From NCBI GenBank assembly GCA_048882385.1, contig JBHLRQ010000054.1:1-20658 (forward strand): a stretch of DNA of 20,658 nt, given 5' to 3'. The DNA is from Candidatus Thorarchaeota archaeon (GTDB lineage: Archaea; Asgardarchaeota; Thorarchaeia; Thorarchaeales; Thorarchaeaceae). A model generated the notes under the pieces. It was given only the letters and a program-made list of their open reading frames with translations. It did not search any database and was not told where the DNA came from. Shown here one piece after another: positions 6,973 through 16,841 of this stretch (its first letter is position 1; each line of letters opens with the position of its first letter). Made by a program: the position numbers and the translations under genes.

Positions 6973-8277
6973 TCAAAGTTTGGTCAATTTTCCAGCAGCA
7001 TTTGAAATTCCTTCTAATGTTCTTTCGATGTCTTGTTCTGAATGTGTGAACGATAGGGCTCCTAATCCGTGATATCCGAAAACACCCTCTTGCATCAAGA
7101 ACCCTTGGAAGAGGTCCTGCTTGGCATGATTAAAGAGTGCTCCAAGCTGACCTGGTGTCTTAGGCGGTTCATCAAGGACTTTCGTCAAATGACTCACAAA
7201 GTTGATTGATCCGTAACCAGTCCCTATGAGAGGTGCATTCATGTCTTGAAGCATCTGATTCAATCGCTCTCTAAAGGAGTCGCCCTTTTTATTCAGCGTC
7301 TTGTATTCGTCCTTTTTTTCCTGCAACAGTCCCAAGACCGCTATACCTGCAGCCATCGTTAGTGGATGACTTGAGAATGTTCCACCACCGACCCACCGAC
7401 CCCCTTCAGCTCCTGGTACTGCTAGAGCCATGATATCCTCACGACCTCCGTAGACTCCTAATGGCATCCCACCCGCGGCTGCTTTCCCGAGCGTCAAAAG
7501 GTCAGGTTCTGCTCCAAACACCCCGTCACCTGCAGTCCCAAATCTTAAACGAAAACCAGTAATGATTTCATCAAAAACCAGTAGAATGTCTCGAGAAGCT
7601 GTTTCTTCTCTCATGTAAACGAGAAACTCATTTTCTGGAGGAATCCCGCCACCTGCACCAATCACTGGTTCAATGATGACAGCTGCAAGGTCTTTTCCAT
7701 GCTCCTTTAGCATTCTGTCAAAGCTCTCTCTGTCATTATAATCAAATGAAACACCATTGTAAAATGGCGCGTCTGTATATGGGTGACTCATATGAAAAGT
7801 GAGCGCATCATTTCCTCCATGCCAGCCACCCAGTGACTTTCCGATGAGTTTCCTTTTAGTGAACAGCCTTGCTAGCCTCACTGCATATTGAGTTGACTCT
7901 GCTCCAGTGGCTGTGAATCGCATTTTTCTGAGTAATGGAACAGCTTCTTTGAGTAGTTCTCCATACTTGACTTGAGGTTCATTTGGAATTCCGAAGTGGT
8001 GGCCTCCTTCGAATTGGTCGATGATCGCCTTCTTCACAACTGGGTCATTATGGCCAAGAATGAGAGAGTAGTGAGTCATCCACCAGTCAATGTACTCGTT
8101 CCCGTCCACATCCCAGATGTGTCCCCCCTTTCCATGACTCACATAGGGTGGGTAAGCACCACAACCGGGCATACCAAAATTGCGGATATTGTGACTCACT
8201 CCGCCTGGAAACAGAGTGACAGCTCTCTTCCAGAGGGCTTCTGATTTTGGTGTTCTTGCTTTATATTCATCGAGCAT
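6973..8277 (-). CDS. Class III PLP-dependent aminotransferase (GSA-aminomutase-like)
   Basis: DVDGNEYID, LILGH, AAVIIEPV, LLVFDEIITGFR, PDLLTLGK (PLP lysine), GTFSSHPL. ATG at 8277 follows GGAGGAG (ORF track start 8292). Confidence 0.9.
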   Translation of the reverse strand: MLDEYKARTPKSEALWKRAVTLFPGGVSHNIRNFGMPGCGAYPPYVSHGKGGHIWDVDGNEYIDWWMTHYSLILGHNDPVVKKAIIDQFEGGHHFGIPNEPQVKYGELLKEAVPLLRKMRFTATGAESTQYAVRLARLFTKRKLIGKSLGGWHGGNDALTFHMSHPYTDAPFYNGVSFDYNDRESFDRMLKEHGKDLAAVIIEPVIGAGGGIPPENEFLVYMREETASRDILLVFDEIITGFRLRFGTAGDGVFGAEPDLLTLGKAAAGGMPLGVYGGREDIMALAVPGAEGGRWVGGGTFSSHPLTMAAGIAVLGLLQEKKDEYKTLNKKGDSFRERLNQMLQDMNAPLIGTGYGSINFVSHLTKVLDEPPKTPGQLGALFNHAKQDLFQGFLMQEGVFGYHGLGALSFTHSEQDIERTLEGISNAAGKLTKL

Positions 8278-8293
8278 TTTGTGCTCCTCCACG

Positions 8294-9319
8294 TTATTCT
8301 TCTTTCCAAACTCGCGATGTGTTTCTTGGTACTGGAAGGTCTTTCATTGTCTTGAGACCAGGTGATTCTTGAATCACAATTGGAATCAAGTTGATGATCA
8401 TACCAATTGTGCCTAGGTCTCCCTGAACACCTCCCTTAATCCTCTGTTGTATTGGAGGAAGACCATCTATTATGATCTCATCATATTGAGGTGTTGCCTC
8501 TGCATAGGCTTGAAAGTCAAGAGTGACTATTTGTTTGCCCTCCCTTCTTCCCACTCCAACACTTCTCAGACCAAGAACATCACCTTTTTTGATGGTTGTA
8601 AATGAATTTGTTATCTCTTGATCTGCAATGATTGCCTCAGGGGGAATCTCTTCTATCTCATCCAATCCTAGGTGCAGTCCTGCATCAATCATCTGGATTG
8701 ACTCTACAAGTCCCACGTGCCCAGTGATATTTCCATCATCGATCTTCCTTCGAAATTCGTCCACTGTCATTCCTGTTCCAATCTTCTTCTGGAATGATGG
8801 TCTCCTGTGACTTGAATTCATATGACGAGTAACTGTGATAGTGTCCACATGCTGACAGGGTCCCGTGAGCACAATAGGAAGCAAATCCATCAGATATCCT
8901 GGATTGATTCCAGTTCCCACTACTGTCTTGCCCTCCTTCTTGGCGATTCTATCAAGCCTTTTAGCTATCACAGACTGTTTCCGATACGGGAATGATAGTT
9001 CCTCACAAATAGAGATAACATCAAGACCATTCTCTAGACATGTTTCGATAGTTGAGGTAACAGCTTCAAGAGAGGATGCAGTAGCAACTATGGCGATATC
9101 TGCAGGACTGGCCTTAAGGACCATCTTCAGGTCATTAGTAATTATAATGTCGCTATCAGTTTCTTCCTCCATCAACTCTCCTACTGTCTTATTCTCCAGA
9201 TCTGGATTTGCATCAATCACTGCCACAAGCTCAAGATTTTCTCTATTGATGATAGCACTAGCAATATGACGGCCCAGTGACCCAAATCCAACCTGTATTA
9301 CTCTGAATGGCTTTGCCAT
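8294..9319 (-). CDS. NAD(P)-dependent amine dehydrogenase, 2,4-diaminopentanoate dehydrogenase (Ord)-like
   Basis: GFGSLG Rossmann motif, DVISICEEL, GTGINPGYLMD, KKIGTG, GHVGL, GGVQGD. ATG at 9319 follows AGGAG. Confidence 0.85.
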   Translation of the reverse strand: MAKPFRVIQVGFGSLGRHIASAIINRENLELVAVIDANPDLENKTVGELMEEETDSDIIITNDLKMVLKASPADIAIVATASSLEAVTSTIETCLENGLDVISICEELSFPYRKQSVIAKRLDRIAKKEGKTVVGTGINPGYLMDLLPIVLTGPCQHVDTITVTRHMNSSHRRPSFQKKIGTGMTVDEFRRKIDDGNITGHVGLVESIQMIDAGLHLGLDEIEEIPPEAIIADQEITNSFTTIKKGDVLGLRSVGVGRREGKQIVTLDFQAYAEATPQYDEIIIDGLPPIQQRIKGGVQGDLGTIGMIINLIPIVIQESPGLKTMKDLPVPRNTSRVWKEE

Positions 9320-9366
9320 GGAAGTATGCTCCTTGAACTTAGTCACGCGAGTGAATTACAGTTTAA

Positions 9367-9915
9367 TCAGTCTATCGAGAAGGAAAGAGTAAACAAAAAC
9401 ATGCCAGAGTTTTCAAGAAATGCCTCCTTGTATCTTCTCTTTCTGCACAGAGAAACCGCACCTTCATGGTCGGTATAGTATACAATGCCATCAAATCCAG
9501 CCTTCGAAACATAGTCTTCAAAAAAGGAAAAGACCTGATGACCATAGCCCTTTCCTCGGTGGTCCGATTTCAACCAGAGTTCGTGTAATTCAACAAGATT
9601 GTCCTTCTTACCTCCGAAGAGTTGTTTCAAACATTTCCTATCCTCCTCCCCTCGAGGATCACCAGGAATCATCTCTTCGGTGCTTGTTTCATGCCATATA
9701 CAGTGCCCTACAATTTGCTCTTCTTCTATCCATGTAATCAGATGATTCGCATCTCGTTCAATGTGCTGTTCTTCATCTGTTCCGAGATCGAAGGATCCTG
9801 ATTGTCTTGAACCGATGCTTATGTAGTACTCTTGCAGATCCGATAGACTACGGTAGTATTTCCTGAACTCTTCAATAGAAAATCCGCCCACAATGAAGTC
9901 TAACAATGAAATCAC
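9367..9915 (-). CDS. GNAT family N-acetyltransferase
   Basis: ELHELWLKSDHRGKGYG acetyl-CoA motif A. Start may instead be TTG at 9906 after GGTGA. Confidence 0.8.
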   Translation of the reverse strand: MISLLDFIVGGFSIEEFRKYYRSLSDLQEYYISIGSRQSGSFDLGTDEEQHIERDANHLITWIEEEQIVGHCIWHETSTEEMIPGDPRGEEDRKCLKQLFGGKKDNLVELHELWLKSDHRGKGYGHQVFSFFEDYVSKAGFDGIVYYTDHEGAVSLCRKRRYKEAFLENSGMFLFTLSFSID

Positions 9916-9918
9916 CTT

Positions 9919-10872
9919 CTATTCAGTCCAAACATGGCTGATAGAACCGCGTACCTTTTTGAATCCGAGCTTTTCGTAGAGTGCAATTGCTCTAACATTC
10001 TCAATATCTACTTCAAGTACAACTTTCTCCATTCTGTTCTTAGCTGCCCTCGCAAGACTAGCTGTCATTAACTTCTTCGCCAGACCTTTCTTCCTAAATT
10101 CCGGGTGTATCCCAATTCCGTTAACAAAACCACCAATGCTAATGATATTGATCTTCATGAACCCAATAATTTTCTCGCTGGAATATAGGAGCAGAGACGC
10201 ATCCTCCTCTATTTTTTTCGATCTTTCAAAGAAGTTGTCAAAGCTCTCCCTACGTTGTTTCTCTGTCTGATCCAAGTATCTTCGGTCCCCACTAGATAGG
10301 AATGTTTCATTGTAGCATGGCCAGATCTCCTCGTTGTTCACATCAATTATACGTTTCAAGAAGAATCCCTCTGGAAAATCAGGCTCTGTGAATTCTGATG
10401 ATGTCAGTTCACATATCATCTGACTCCATTCATTCCCCCTTCTCATACCTGCGGCTTCGTAGAGTGGTCTGTATCTTTCATATGTCGATCTCACATCGTC
10501 AGTCAGTTCCATCAGAAAGACTTCCAAGCGATTTCGTCCAATTGAAATTGTGTGACTAATCGCTTCCTTGACTAAGCGTTTAAACACAATCTCAAAATCC
10601 TCTCCTGGTAGTACAAGAGGGTGCCAAGAGTCGAGATAGACCATTGACTCCGACAAAACATAGAGACCTGCCCAACCAACTAACTTCTTTTCCTCGCGGG
10701 CTAGTAGGTAATAATAAGGAACCTCTGCAGCGTTTTGGATGAACCTCTCGACTTCTTCTATTGTGTTTCCACATCTCAACTGAGCATCAAGCTGCTTTTG
10801 AGATTCCATAGTGAATTGAACAATCTCTTCAACATCTATGTCGTGATGCTTGAGAATTTCAATGACAACCAA
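9919..10872 (-). CDS. Tandem-domain GNAT N-acetyltransferase
   Basis: C-terminal IGIHPEFRKKGLA...LEVDIENVRAIALYEKLGF plus a degenerate N-terminal GNAT domain. TTG at 10872 follows GAGGTG and avoids the 26-nt overlap implied by the 10911 call. Confidence 0.85.
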   Translation of the reverse strand: MVVIEILKHHDIDVEEIVQFTMESQKQLDAQLRCGNTIEEVERFIQNAAEVPYYYLLAREEKKLVGWAGLYVLSESMVYLDSWHPLVLPGEDFEIVFKRLVKEAISHTISIGRNRLEVFLMELTDDVRSTYERYRPLYEAAGMRRGNEWSQMICELTSSEFTEPDFPEGFFLKRIIDVNNEEIWPCYNETFLSSGDRRYLDQTEKQRRESFDNFFERSKKIEEDASLLLYSSEKIIGFMKINIISIGGFVNGIGIHPEFRKKGLAKKLMTASLARAAKNRMEKVVLEVDIENVRAIALYEKLGFKKVRGSISHVWTE

Positions 10873-10885
10873 CCAAGGAACACCT

Positions 10886-11752
10886 CTAGGTGCTAAATTC
10901 AGCTTTCCCATGTGTCAAAACTAGAATGTCATTCTCATCTCTCGTTTCAAAATGCACAACCTGTAATCCTTCTTCATTTACTCCTCCATCATATACCTCT
11001 GTCGTGATGGTCTGATCAAGCAATACAGGACTGGAGAAACGAACGCTCATACTCTTCAACCGAGTTGGATCTCCATTGAGTAGTCCATCAACAATCACCT
11101 GAGAAGCCATCGCCATTGTGCATAAACCATGAAGGATTGCTCTGGGAAGTCCTACACTTCTAGCAATCTCATCGCTAACATGTATCGGATTGTGGTCCCC
11201 AGAAGCCTCCGCATATCTCACGCCTTGATCTGAAGTTACTCCAATACTCTGCTTCGTAATCAACTTCCCTCTCTTAGGTTCTTGATATTCAGGTGGAGTC
11301 TTCTTCTCTCCTTCCTTTTTCTTGCCCCTCACTAGTATACGGTAGTCCATCTGTACAACAATGTCATCATCTCGCTTGCAGTAAATCTCAAGATCCAATA
11401 TCTCGTTCACACCACGTGTTTCTATGTTGACAATCTTTGCTGTGGTGTGAATCTCATCACCTGGTCTGAGAATCCCTCTCCATATCATCCTGTGCTCAGC
11501 ATGGACAGCTCTCAGAATGTTGAAGTCCATATTTTCAGCATCATCACCTATCTGGCTCAGGATGCCCGGTAGAAAGACAACTGGATATATTGGAGGCGTA
11601 ACCGTTTCTGAGTCAGGAGCACTGTATCGAGGATTCTCATCATTTGTCCCTAACGCATATTTTTGTATGCTCTGCGGATCCACAATCTGAGAGTCCACAC
11701 GATACACCTTCCCAAGAAAATCTCTGTTCAGCTTTGTAGTTTCTTCGCTCAA
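10886..11752 (-). CDS. MaoC-family double hot-dog (R)-enoyl-CoA hydratase/dehydratase
   Basis: YAEASGDHNPIH...GLPRAILHGLCT hydratase-2 motif, VRFSSPV and an N-terminal hot-dog half (VHAEH). TTG start overlaps the ligase stop. Confidence 0.9.
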   Translation of the reverse strand: MSEETTKLNRDFLGKVYRVDSQIVDPQSIQKYALGTNDENPRYSAPDSETVTPPIYPVVFLPGILSQIGDDAENMDFNILRAVHAEHRMIWRGILRPGDEIHTTAKIVNIETRGVNEILDLEIYCKRDDDIVVQMDYRILVRGKKKEGEKKTPPEYQEPKRGKLITKQSIGVTSDQGVRYAEASGDHNPIHVSDEIARSVGLPRAILHGLCTMAMASQVIVDGLLNGDPTRLKSMSVRFSSPVLLDQTITTEVYDGGVNEEGLQVVHFETRDENDILVLTHGKAEFST

Positions 11753-13443
11753 TTTTGACCCTCCAACTTGACTATTTCTTCTTCCCTAAGGATTTTCTTG
11801 TGGAGCTTCATTATATGAGTCAATGGGAGCTCATCTCGGAACTCTACAAACTTGGGCACTGCATACGGTTTGACCTTATCCCTCAAAAACTCGATTATTT
11901 CCTCCTCTGAGATCTTGCCTCTATGCTCTTGCTCTAGCTGGATGAACGCTTTTACACGCTCGCTCCCAGGTCGTTCAGGGTCTGGTACGCCAATAACTCC
12001 TGCTACTTCAACTGCAGGATGTTCATGGAGGATGTCATCTATGACCCGACTGTAAACCTTGTTCCCTCCGACAATAATCATGTCCTTGATTCGGTCGACC
12101 ACTGTGAAGTATCCATCATCATCAACAGTTACCATGTCCCCCATTCTGATCCAACCGTCTGCTTCAAGACCTGAACCAGGAGTCGGCCAGTAGCCCAGCA
12201 TGCATTGAGGCCCCCTGACCCAGATCTCTCCAGTATCTCCATACGGGAGTTCTTCTCCAGTTTCCGGGTCGATGACCTTTACCTCCGTGTCTGGCAAGGG
12301 AACACCAACACCCCGCTTGACCTGCTTCATGAACCCAGTCACCTTAGAGAATGCAGAGATGTTGACTGAAACTCCACCAGAGGTCTCTGTTGCTCCGTAC
12401 CCCTCGCCCATAGGAACACCTGCAATCTTCTCGAACTCCTCTGCGAGCTCCGGTGGGAGAGCAGCTGCAGCGGAGTAGTAGAATATTTGCCCCTTCTTCA
12501 GTGGCATATTGCAGAAAACAGTGTAATGGGCAGGCACTGCGAAGACAATGGCAGGTCTATACTCGTTGATCACTTCTACTATCTTGACCATATCTCTAGG
12601 ATCCATGAGAAACATCTTGAGACCCCAAGAGATGCTTGCATGGATTGCCCAGTGTCCATATGTGTGAAATATGGGAACACAGATTGCAGTTGCAGCCTTT
12701 CCAACTATTCCAGCCTTCAGAGGGTCCATCATCCAGTGAACTGTCTGCACTACATTTGAGGTGAGGTTGTAATGTGTCAACATTGTCCCCTTGGGCACAC
12801 CCGTGGTGCCACCTGTAAAAGGAAGCAAGGCTATATCCTCTCTCGGGTTGATTTCGACAACTTCTGTGTGGGGCTCATACTTTTCGAGTAGTTCTTCAAA
12901 GCGGTAGTATCCAGGCCCAGAGATGTCTTCCATTTCGGGGAACTGATAGTCTGGGAATATCTTGGTAGGAGCATAAATGACTGTCTTCACTTCTGTGTGA
13001 GGTTTGATTTCGTTCACTCGAGGTATTCTCCTGTATGAACAGAAGACCAGCTCTGATTTACTCTCCTTGATCTCATGAAGAAGGTCATCGGTCTTGTGAA
13101 GAATACTCAGGGGAACATGAATGGCTCCTATCTTCATACAGGCAAAGTCGACAATGATGAACTCTGGACATGATGGCAGAACCGAAGCGACGGTGTTGCC
13201 CTTCTTCACTCCGAAGTCGACTAATGCGGATGCCAAGCGATCCGCTTTGTCTTTCAAATCTGGATAAGTTATCTCCTCATCTGCATACACACAAGCGATA
13301 TTTTTCGGAAACTTTTCTGCGGCCTCCTCCAAGAACGAATACACATTGATCTCTGGATATGGTTGCATCGAGTGCTTCAACTTGAAGGGTCCGAGAGAAT
13401 ATGATTTGAGCCAGGGTTTGTCTTGATAACTCAACGTAATCAT
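11749..13443 (-). CDS. Long-chain fatty acid--CoA ligase (AMP-binding)
   Basis: FTGGTTGVPKG P-loop, EGYGATE, GEIWVRGPQ, MGD, VDRIKDMI, VPKFVEFRDELP. Confidence 0.9.
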   Translation of the reverse strand: MITLSYQDKPWLKSYSLGPFKLKHSMQPYPEINVYSFLEEAAEKFPKNIACVYADEEITYPDLKDKADRLASALVDFGVKKGNTVASVLPSCPEFIIVDFACMKIGAIHVPLSILHKTDDLLHEIKESKSELVFCSYRRIPRVNEIKPHTEVKTVIYAPTKIFPDYQFPEMEDISGPGYYRFEELLEKYEPHTEVVEINPREDIALLPFTGGTTGVPKGTMLTHYNLTSNVVQTVHWMMDPLKAGIVGKAATAICVPIFHTYGHWAIHASISWGLKMFLMDPRDMVKIVEVINEYRPAIVFAVPAHYTVFCNMPLKKGQIFYYSAAAALPPELAEEFEKIAGVPMGEGYGATETSGGVSVNISAFSKVTGFMKQVKRGVGVPLPDTEVKVIDPETGEELPYGDTGEIWVRGPQCMLGYWPTPGSGLEADGWIRMGDMVTVDDDGYFTVVDRIKDMIIVGGNKVYSRVIDDILHEHPAVEVAGVIGVPDPERPGSERVKAFIQLEQEHRGKISEEEIIEFLRDKVKPYAVPKFVEFRDELPLTHIMKLHKKILREEEIVKLEGQN

Positions 13444-13464
13444 CTCTGACTAAGACACAAGTCC

Positions 13465-15339
13465 TCAATAAATCTGGTCTATAAGCCACTCAAGACCTAG
13501 TTCATTCAGTTTTTCCTTAGTAGGCTTGCCCTCCTGGTCCCAGCCACGGAACTCATAGTAGCTGTTGAGAATCGGGTCCAAGTTAACTACCTGTCCCTTT
13601 GCAGGTCCTTCTGGCATTGGGTCTTTCAAGAGCCTGGGTGGCAAAGTGTCATCAGATCGAGTCGCCCCTTCACGAATGTTGTACACTTTCTCCAGGTTGT
13701 AGATTCTCTCTCCAGTCTTTCTGAAGTCAGCAGCTGTGTATTCGATTCCCATCAGCTTGGACAGCAACACTGCCCAGTCCTCGGCAGTCATGACAATGCC
13801 CATGAATTTACAAGCGCCAACAGCATCAAAGATCTGAAAAGCATCTTCAAAATCCTTTAGAATCACTGACTTCTCAGGAATCTCTTTCTGTGGGTCTCCT
13901 ACGTCTGCGTCATCTACAACCATAAATGGCATTGATAGAAAGGCTGGTCCCTCTATCCAAGCTGTGATGTGGTCCCCTCCACGGTTAGCTGTAGCATAGG
14001 CGAGTCCAGTAATCTTTGCAGCACGACTGTCATATGCAGGAAGTTCTAATCCCTTCACATGCATCGCGAAGTGCTCAGAACCTTGACCGAACCTCTCCGC
14101 CATTCTCTTTGTCCCCAAGGCTAAGATGTCCCCAAATCCTTCGCGCATGGCAATCTTTGGTACAATGTCAACTATGATGTCTTTGTCTCCGAACCTGAAC
14201 TCAAGACCTCCTGTATCCTCTGTAGTTATGATTCCCTTCTCAAAGCACTCCATGACAAAGGCCACTGATGTTCCCGCGGAAATCACATCTAGACCATAAT
14301 CATTACACAGGAAATGTGCCATGGAGATTGCCTCAAGGTCATCGACCCCGCATATACTGCCAAACGCACCGATGGTTTCGTACTCAGGTCCCTCTCCCCT
14401 TATTTTTCCCTCTTTGCTACCTTTGATATCTGCAATTCTACCACATGCAATTGGGCAAGCAAAACAGGGCTTGCGTTCCACAAGTATGGTGTCATTTAGT
14501 GCAGTCCCATTGATGTTCTCGGCTCCCTCGAATATTCCAGTCTGGAAGTTTCGTGTGGGCAGTCCTCCTACTACTTGACATAGGTCTACCATTGTGGCAG
14601 TTCCATATGTTTCAAGAGTCATTTTGAGAATACTCTGGTTTACCCAGTCGAACCTTTTCTTGGCTTCAGTCCGGTACGCCTCTGGATTTGCAACAGGAAT
14701 CTGTGCCTTTCCATAGGATACTACTGCCTTCAGGTTCTTTGACCCCATCACTGTTCCAAGGCCACACCTTCCAGCAGCACGACCGTAATACTTCTCGTCA
14801 CAGTCGTTCATGATAGCAGCGTAAAGAACCCCATTCTCTCCTGCAGGACCAATACAGGAAACATTGTGCTTGGGTCCATGTTTCTCCTTCAGGATTCTTG
14901 TTGTTTCGGATGTAGTCTTCCCCCAGATTTCAGCAGCATCTCTGAGTTCGGCTTTCCCATCTTCAGTAAGAAGGTAGACGGGTTTTGGAGAGATTCCCTC
15001 GAAGATGATACCATCAAATCCTGACCTCTTGAAGTCCTTCGCCCAAAAGCCTGCAGAGTTAGCCTGACCCCAGAGGTTTGTTAAAGGTGACTTGGCCACA
15101 ACGCTATATCTTCCTGCACTTGGAGATGGTGTCCCAGTCAAGGGTCCAGTCATGAAGATTAATTTGTTCTCAGGACCCAGAGGGTCTATTCCCTTCACAG
15201 TTTCATTGATCAAATACCAAGTAGCAAGACCTGCGCCACCTAGATACATCTTCAGAATCTCTTCGTCTGGGAACTCCTCAGTTATTGTTCCATCAGTAAG
15301 ATTGACTCGAAGTATCTTGCCCATGTATCCCTTCAACAT
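13465..15339 (-). CDS. aor: Tungsten-dependent aldehyde:ferredoxin oxidoreductase family protein
   Basis: GYMGKILRVNL, KSPLT, IGPAGE, AAGRCGLGTVMGSKNLKA, CFACPIAC, GPEYET, GLDVIS, DDTLPPR, YYEFRGWD. Confidence 0.93.
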   Translation of the reverse strand: MLKGYMGKILRVNLTDGTITEEFPDEEILKMYLGGAGLATWYLINETVKGIDPLGPENKLIFMTGPLTGTPSPSAGRYSVVAKSPLTNLWGQANSAGFWAKDFKRSGFDGIIFEGISPKPVYLLTEDGKAELRDAAEIWGKTTSETTRILKEKHGPKHNVSCIGPAGENGVLYAAIMNDCDEKYYGRAAGRCGLGTVMGSKNLKAVVSYGKAQIPVANPEAYRTEAKKRFDWVNQSILKMTLETYGTATMVDLCQVVGGLPTRNFQTGIFEGAENINGTALNDTILVERKPCFACPIACGRIADIKGSKEGKIRGEGPEYETIGAFGSICGVDDLEAISMAHFLCNDYGLDVISAGTSVAFVMECFEKGIITTEDTGGLEFRFGDKDIIVDIVPKIAMREGFGDILALGTKRMAERFGQGSEHFAMHVKGLELPAYDSRAAKITGLAYATANRGGDHITAWIEGPAFLSMPFMVVDDADVGDPQKEIPEKSVILKDFEDAFQIFDAVGACKFMGIVMTAEDWAVLLSKLMGIEYTAADFRKTGERIYNLEKVYNIREGATRSDDTLPPRLLKDPMPEGPAKGQVVNLDPILNSYYEFRGWDQEGKPTKEKLNELGLEWLIDQIY

Positions 15340-15382
15340 CTTGTGTCCATCCTCGCAATCTTGTCTTGGAAACTTACTTCTA

Positions 15383-15832
15383 TCAGTCGTAAAACTCTGT
15401 TTCTATAGTTGTTGCACTTGAAACCAATTCTTTGGCTGCTTCAGTGGCTCGTAAAATCTTGGGCATATCTCCTTCAACTTTAGCCTGTCCTGAAAGCAGA
15501 GCTCGAATTGGATCCAACTCTTTCTTCAGAATCTGTTCCCACACGTCAATTCTAGCAGAGTAGATGAATTCTACCTCAAACGGTTTCCCTGATGATTCAT
15601 CCCCCTTCTTTAGGAGGGTGAACTCTTCATCATCCTTTAGAATCTGTGTGCCAGTACATTTACCATGGTATAGTCCAACCCATATCCTGATCTGATTGGT
15701 AAGTCCTCCGTGCGGGTCTACTCTGAAAATGAAATCACCTTCCCACCAGTCTGCTGCTTTTGCATAAGCTTCATTGGAGTTCACTGCTTTTTCAAACAGT
15801 TCCGCCCATTCTGGACTTCCGAATTTTACCAT
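15383..15832 (-). CDS. SCP2 sterol/lipid-binding domain protein
   Basis: FGSPEW...VNSNEAY...WEGDF, LYHGKC, WEQILKKELDPIRALLSGQAKVEGDM. GGAGG SD. Confidence 0.85.
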   Translation of the reverse strand: MVKFGSPEWAELFEKAVNSNEAYAKAADWWEGDFIFRVDPHGGLTNQIRIWVGLYHGKCTGTQILKDDEEFTLLKKGDESSGKPFEVEFIYSARIDVWEQILKKELDPIRALLSGQAKVEGDMPKILRATEAAKELVSSATTIETEFYD

Positions 15833-15847
15833 TTATCATTCCTCCCT

Positions 15848-16252
15848 CTATCTTTTGTCTAATACCAGTATTTTGGGCAGAGCCAGAAGTTTTCCATATG
15901 CCCGTCCCTTGAATCGAAGTTTTCTCTTACCAAATCGATTCTTTTTCATCATCATATGCATGACTGAATACTGACCATTACAGAAGAACATCAAGTCTTC
16001 TGGATCTGCAATCAACTCTAGGTCTCGATCCTCAAGAGAATCTCTTGAAACAGTGTACTCCCCGTCTTTTGCTACCAGATTTATCCAAAGTATCTCATCT
16101 TCCTCTACGTGGAGTCCGATATTGATTCTGCCCTCGAAAGAATCTAGTCTCTTTGTGTTCTTTGGATTCTCGCGCTTGTCTGCTATGATTCCGTCAATCA
16201 CAGATTTGATTGTCAGAAACAGTGTTTCTCTCTGTGTGTCATCCATCCTCAT
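15848..16252 (-). CDS. SCP2-like domain protein
   Basis: DLELIADPEDLMFFCNGQYSVMHMMM...KLRFKG...KLLAL resembles the SCP2 C-terminal pattern. Lies 15 nt upstream of the SCP2 gene. Confidence 0.65.
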   Translation of the reverse strand: MRMDDTQRETLFLTIKSVIDGIIADKRENPKNTKRLDSFEGRINIGLHVEEDEILWINLVAKDGEYTVSRDSLEDRDLELIADPEDLMFFCNGQYSVMHMMMKKNRFGKRKLRFKGRAYGKLLALPKILVLDKR

Positions 16253-16409
16253 TCACAACTCAACATTGCTTCCTTTTGAATGTCCTGAACACCCATTTCA
16301 ATATTGTCTTTGATAATTCTGTAAACGAGCGAGAAGTTTGTAGTATAGGCAAAGATGTTTTAGGAGGAATACATTACGTATACAGGGATGCAAGGGAAGG
16401 GGATAGAAG

Positions 16410-16841
16410 ATGGCGGAAATGAATATACATCAGAGGACAGCTCTGGTCGGTTGGCTTGTGGTTGGTTGGCTCATGACACTTGCTGTTGTGTTTCTATGGT
16501 TTCTAACGGACACAATCACAACAGTAGTCTTCTTACTTGGTATCGGGTTGGGACTGGGTATTGGCTTCATAATTGTCGTAAATGAAGCACTAATTCTGAC
16601 AACGATCCATACACTCCAGAAGGCAGGAGAAAGTGCAGTGCAGATACTAAGTCTACGCAAGAATATGAGAGCCGTATTGGCAGTCTGGATATTTGCATTG
16701 TTCACATTAGTAGTTGTCATGACACTATTCAATCAAATCGAGTTAGATCGATTTAGCGCTATAATGGGTGTACTTGGCAGCTTCGTTGCATCTGTGGTTG
16801 CATATTATTTCGCAGTGAGTAGAAATCAGACATCCTCATGA
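16410..16841 (+). CDS. Hypothetical membrane protein (4 TM)
   Basis: Four hydrophobic segments, C-terminal 'GSFVASVVAYYF' and a purine-rich leader. Divergent from the SCP2/AOR operon. Confidence 0.7.
   Translation: MAEMNIHQRTALVGWLVVGWLMTLAVVFLWFLTDTITTVVFLLGIGLGLGIGFIIVVNEALILTTIHTLQKAGESAVQILSLRKNMRAVLAVWIFALFTLVVVMTLFNQIELDRFSAIMGVLGSFVASVVAYYFAVSRNQTSS

Noticed and set aside
6973-8277. Calling the aminotransferase hemL
   Set aside because: Lacks the GGVNSPVR and YHG signatures and has no tetrapyrrole gene context.
16210-16585. + strand ORFs 16210-16422 and 16388-16585
   Set aside because: Short, overlapping real genes or the divergent promoter region, with no coding hallmarks.
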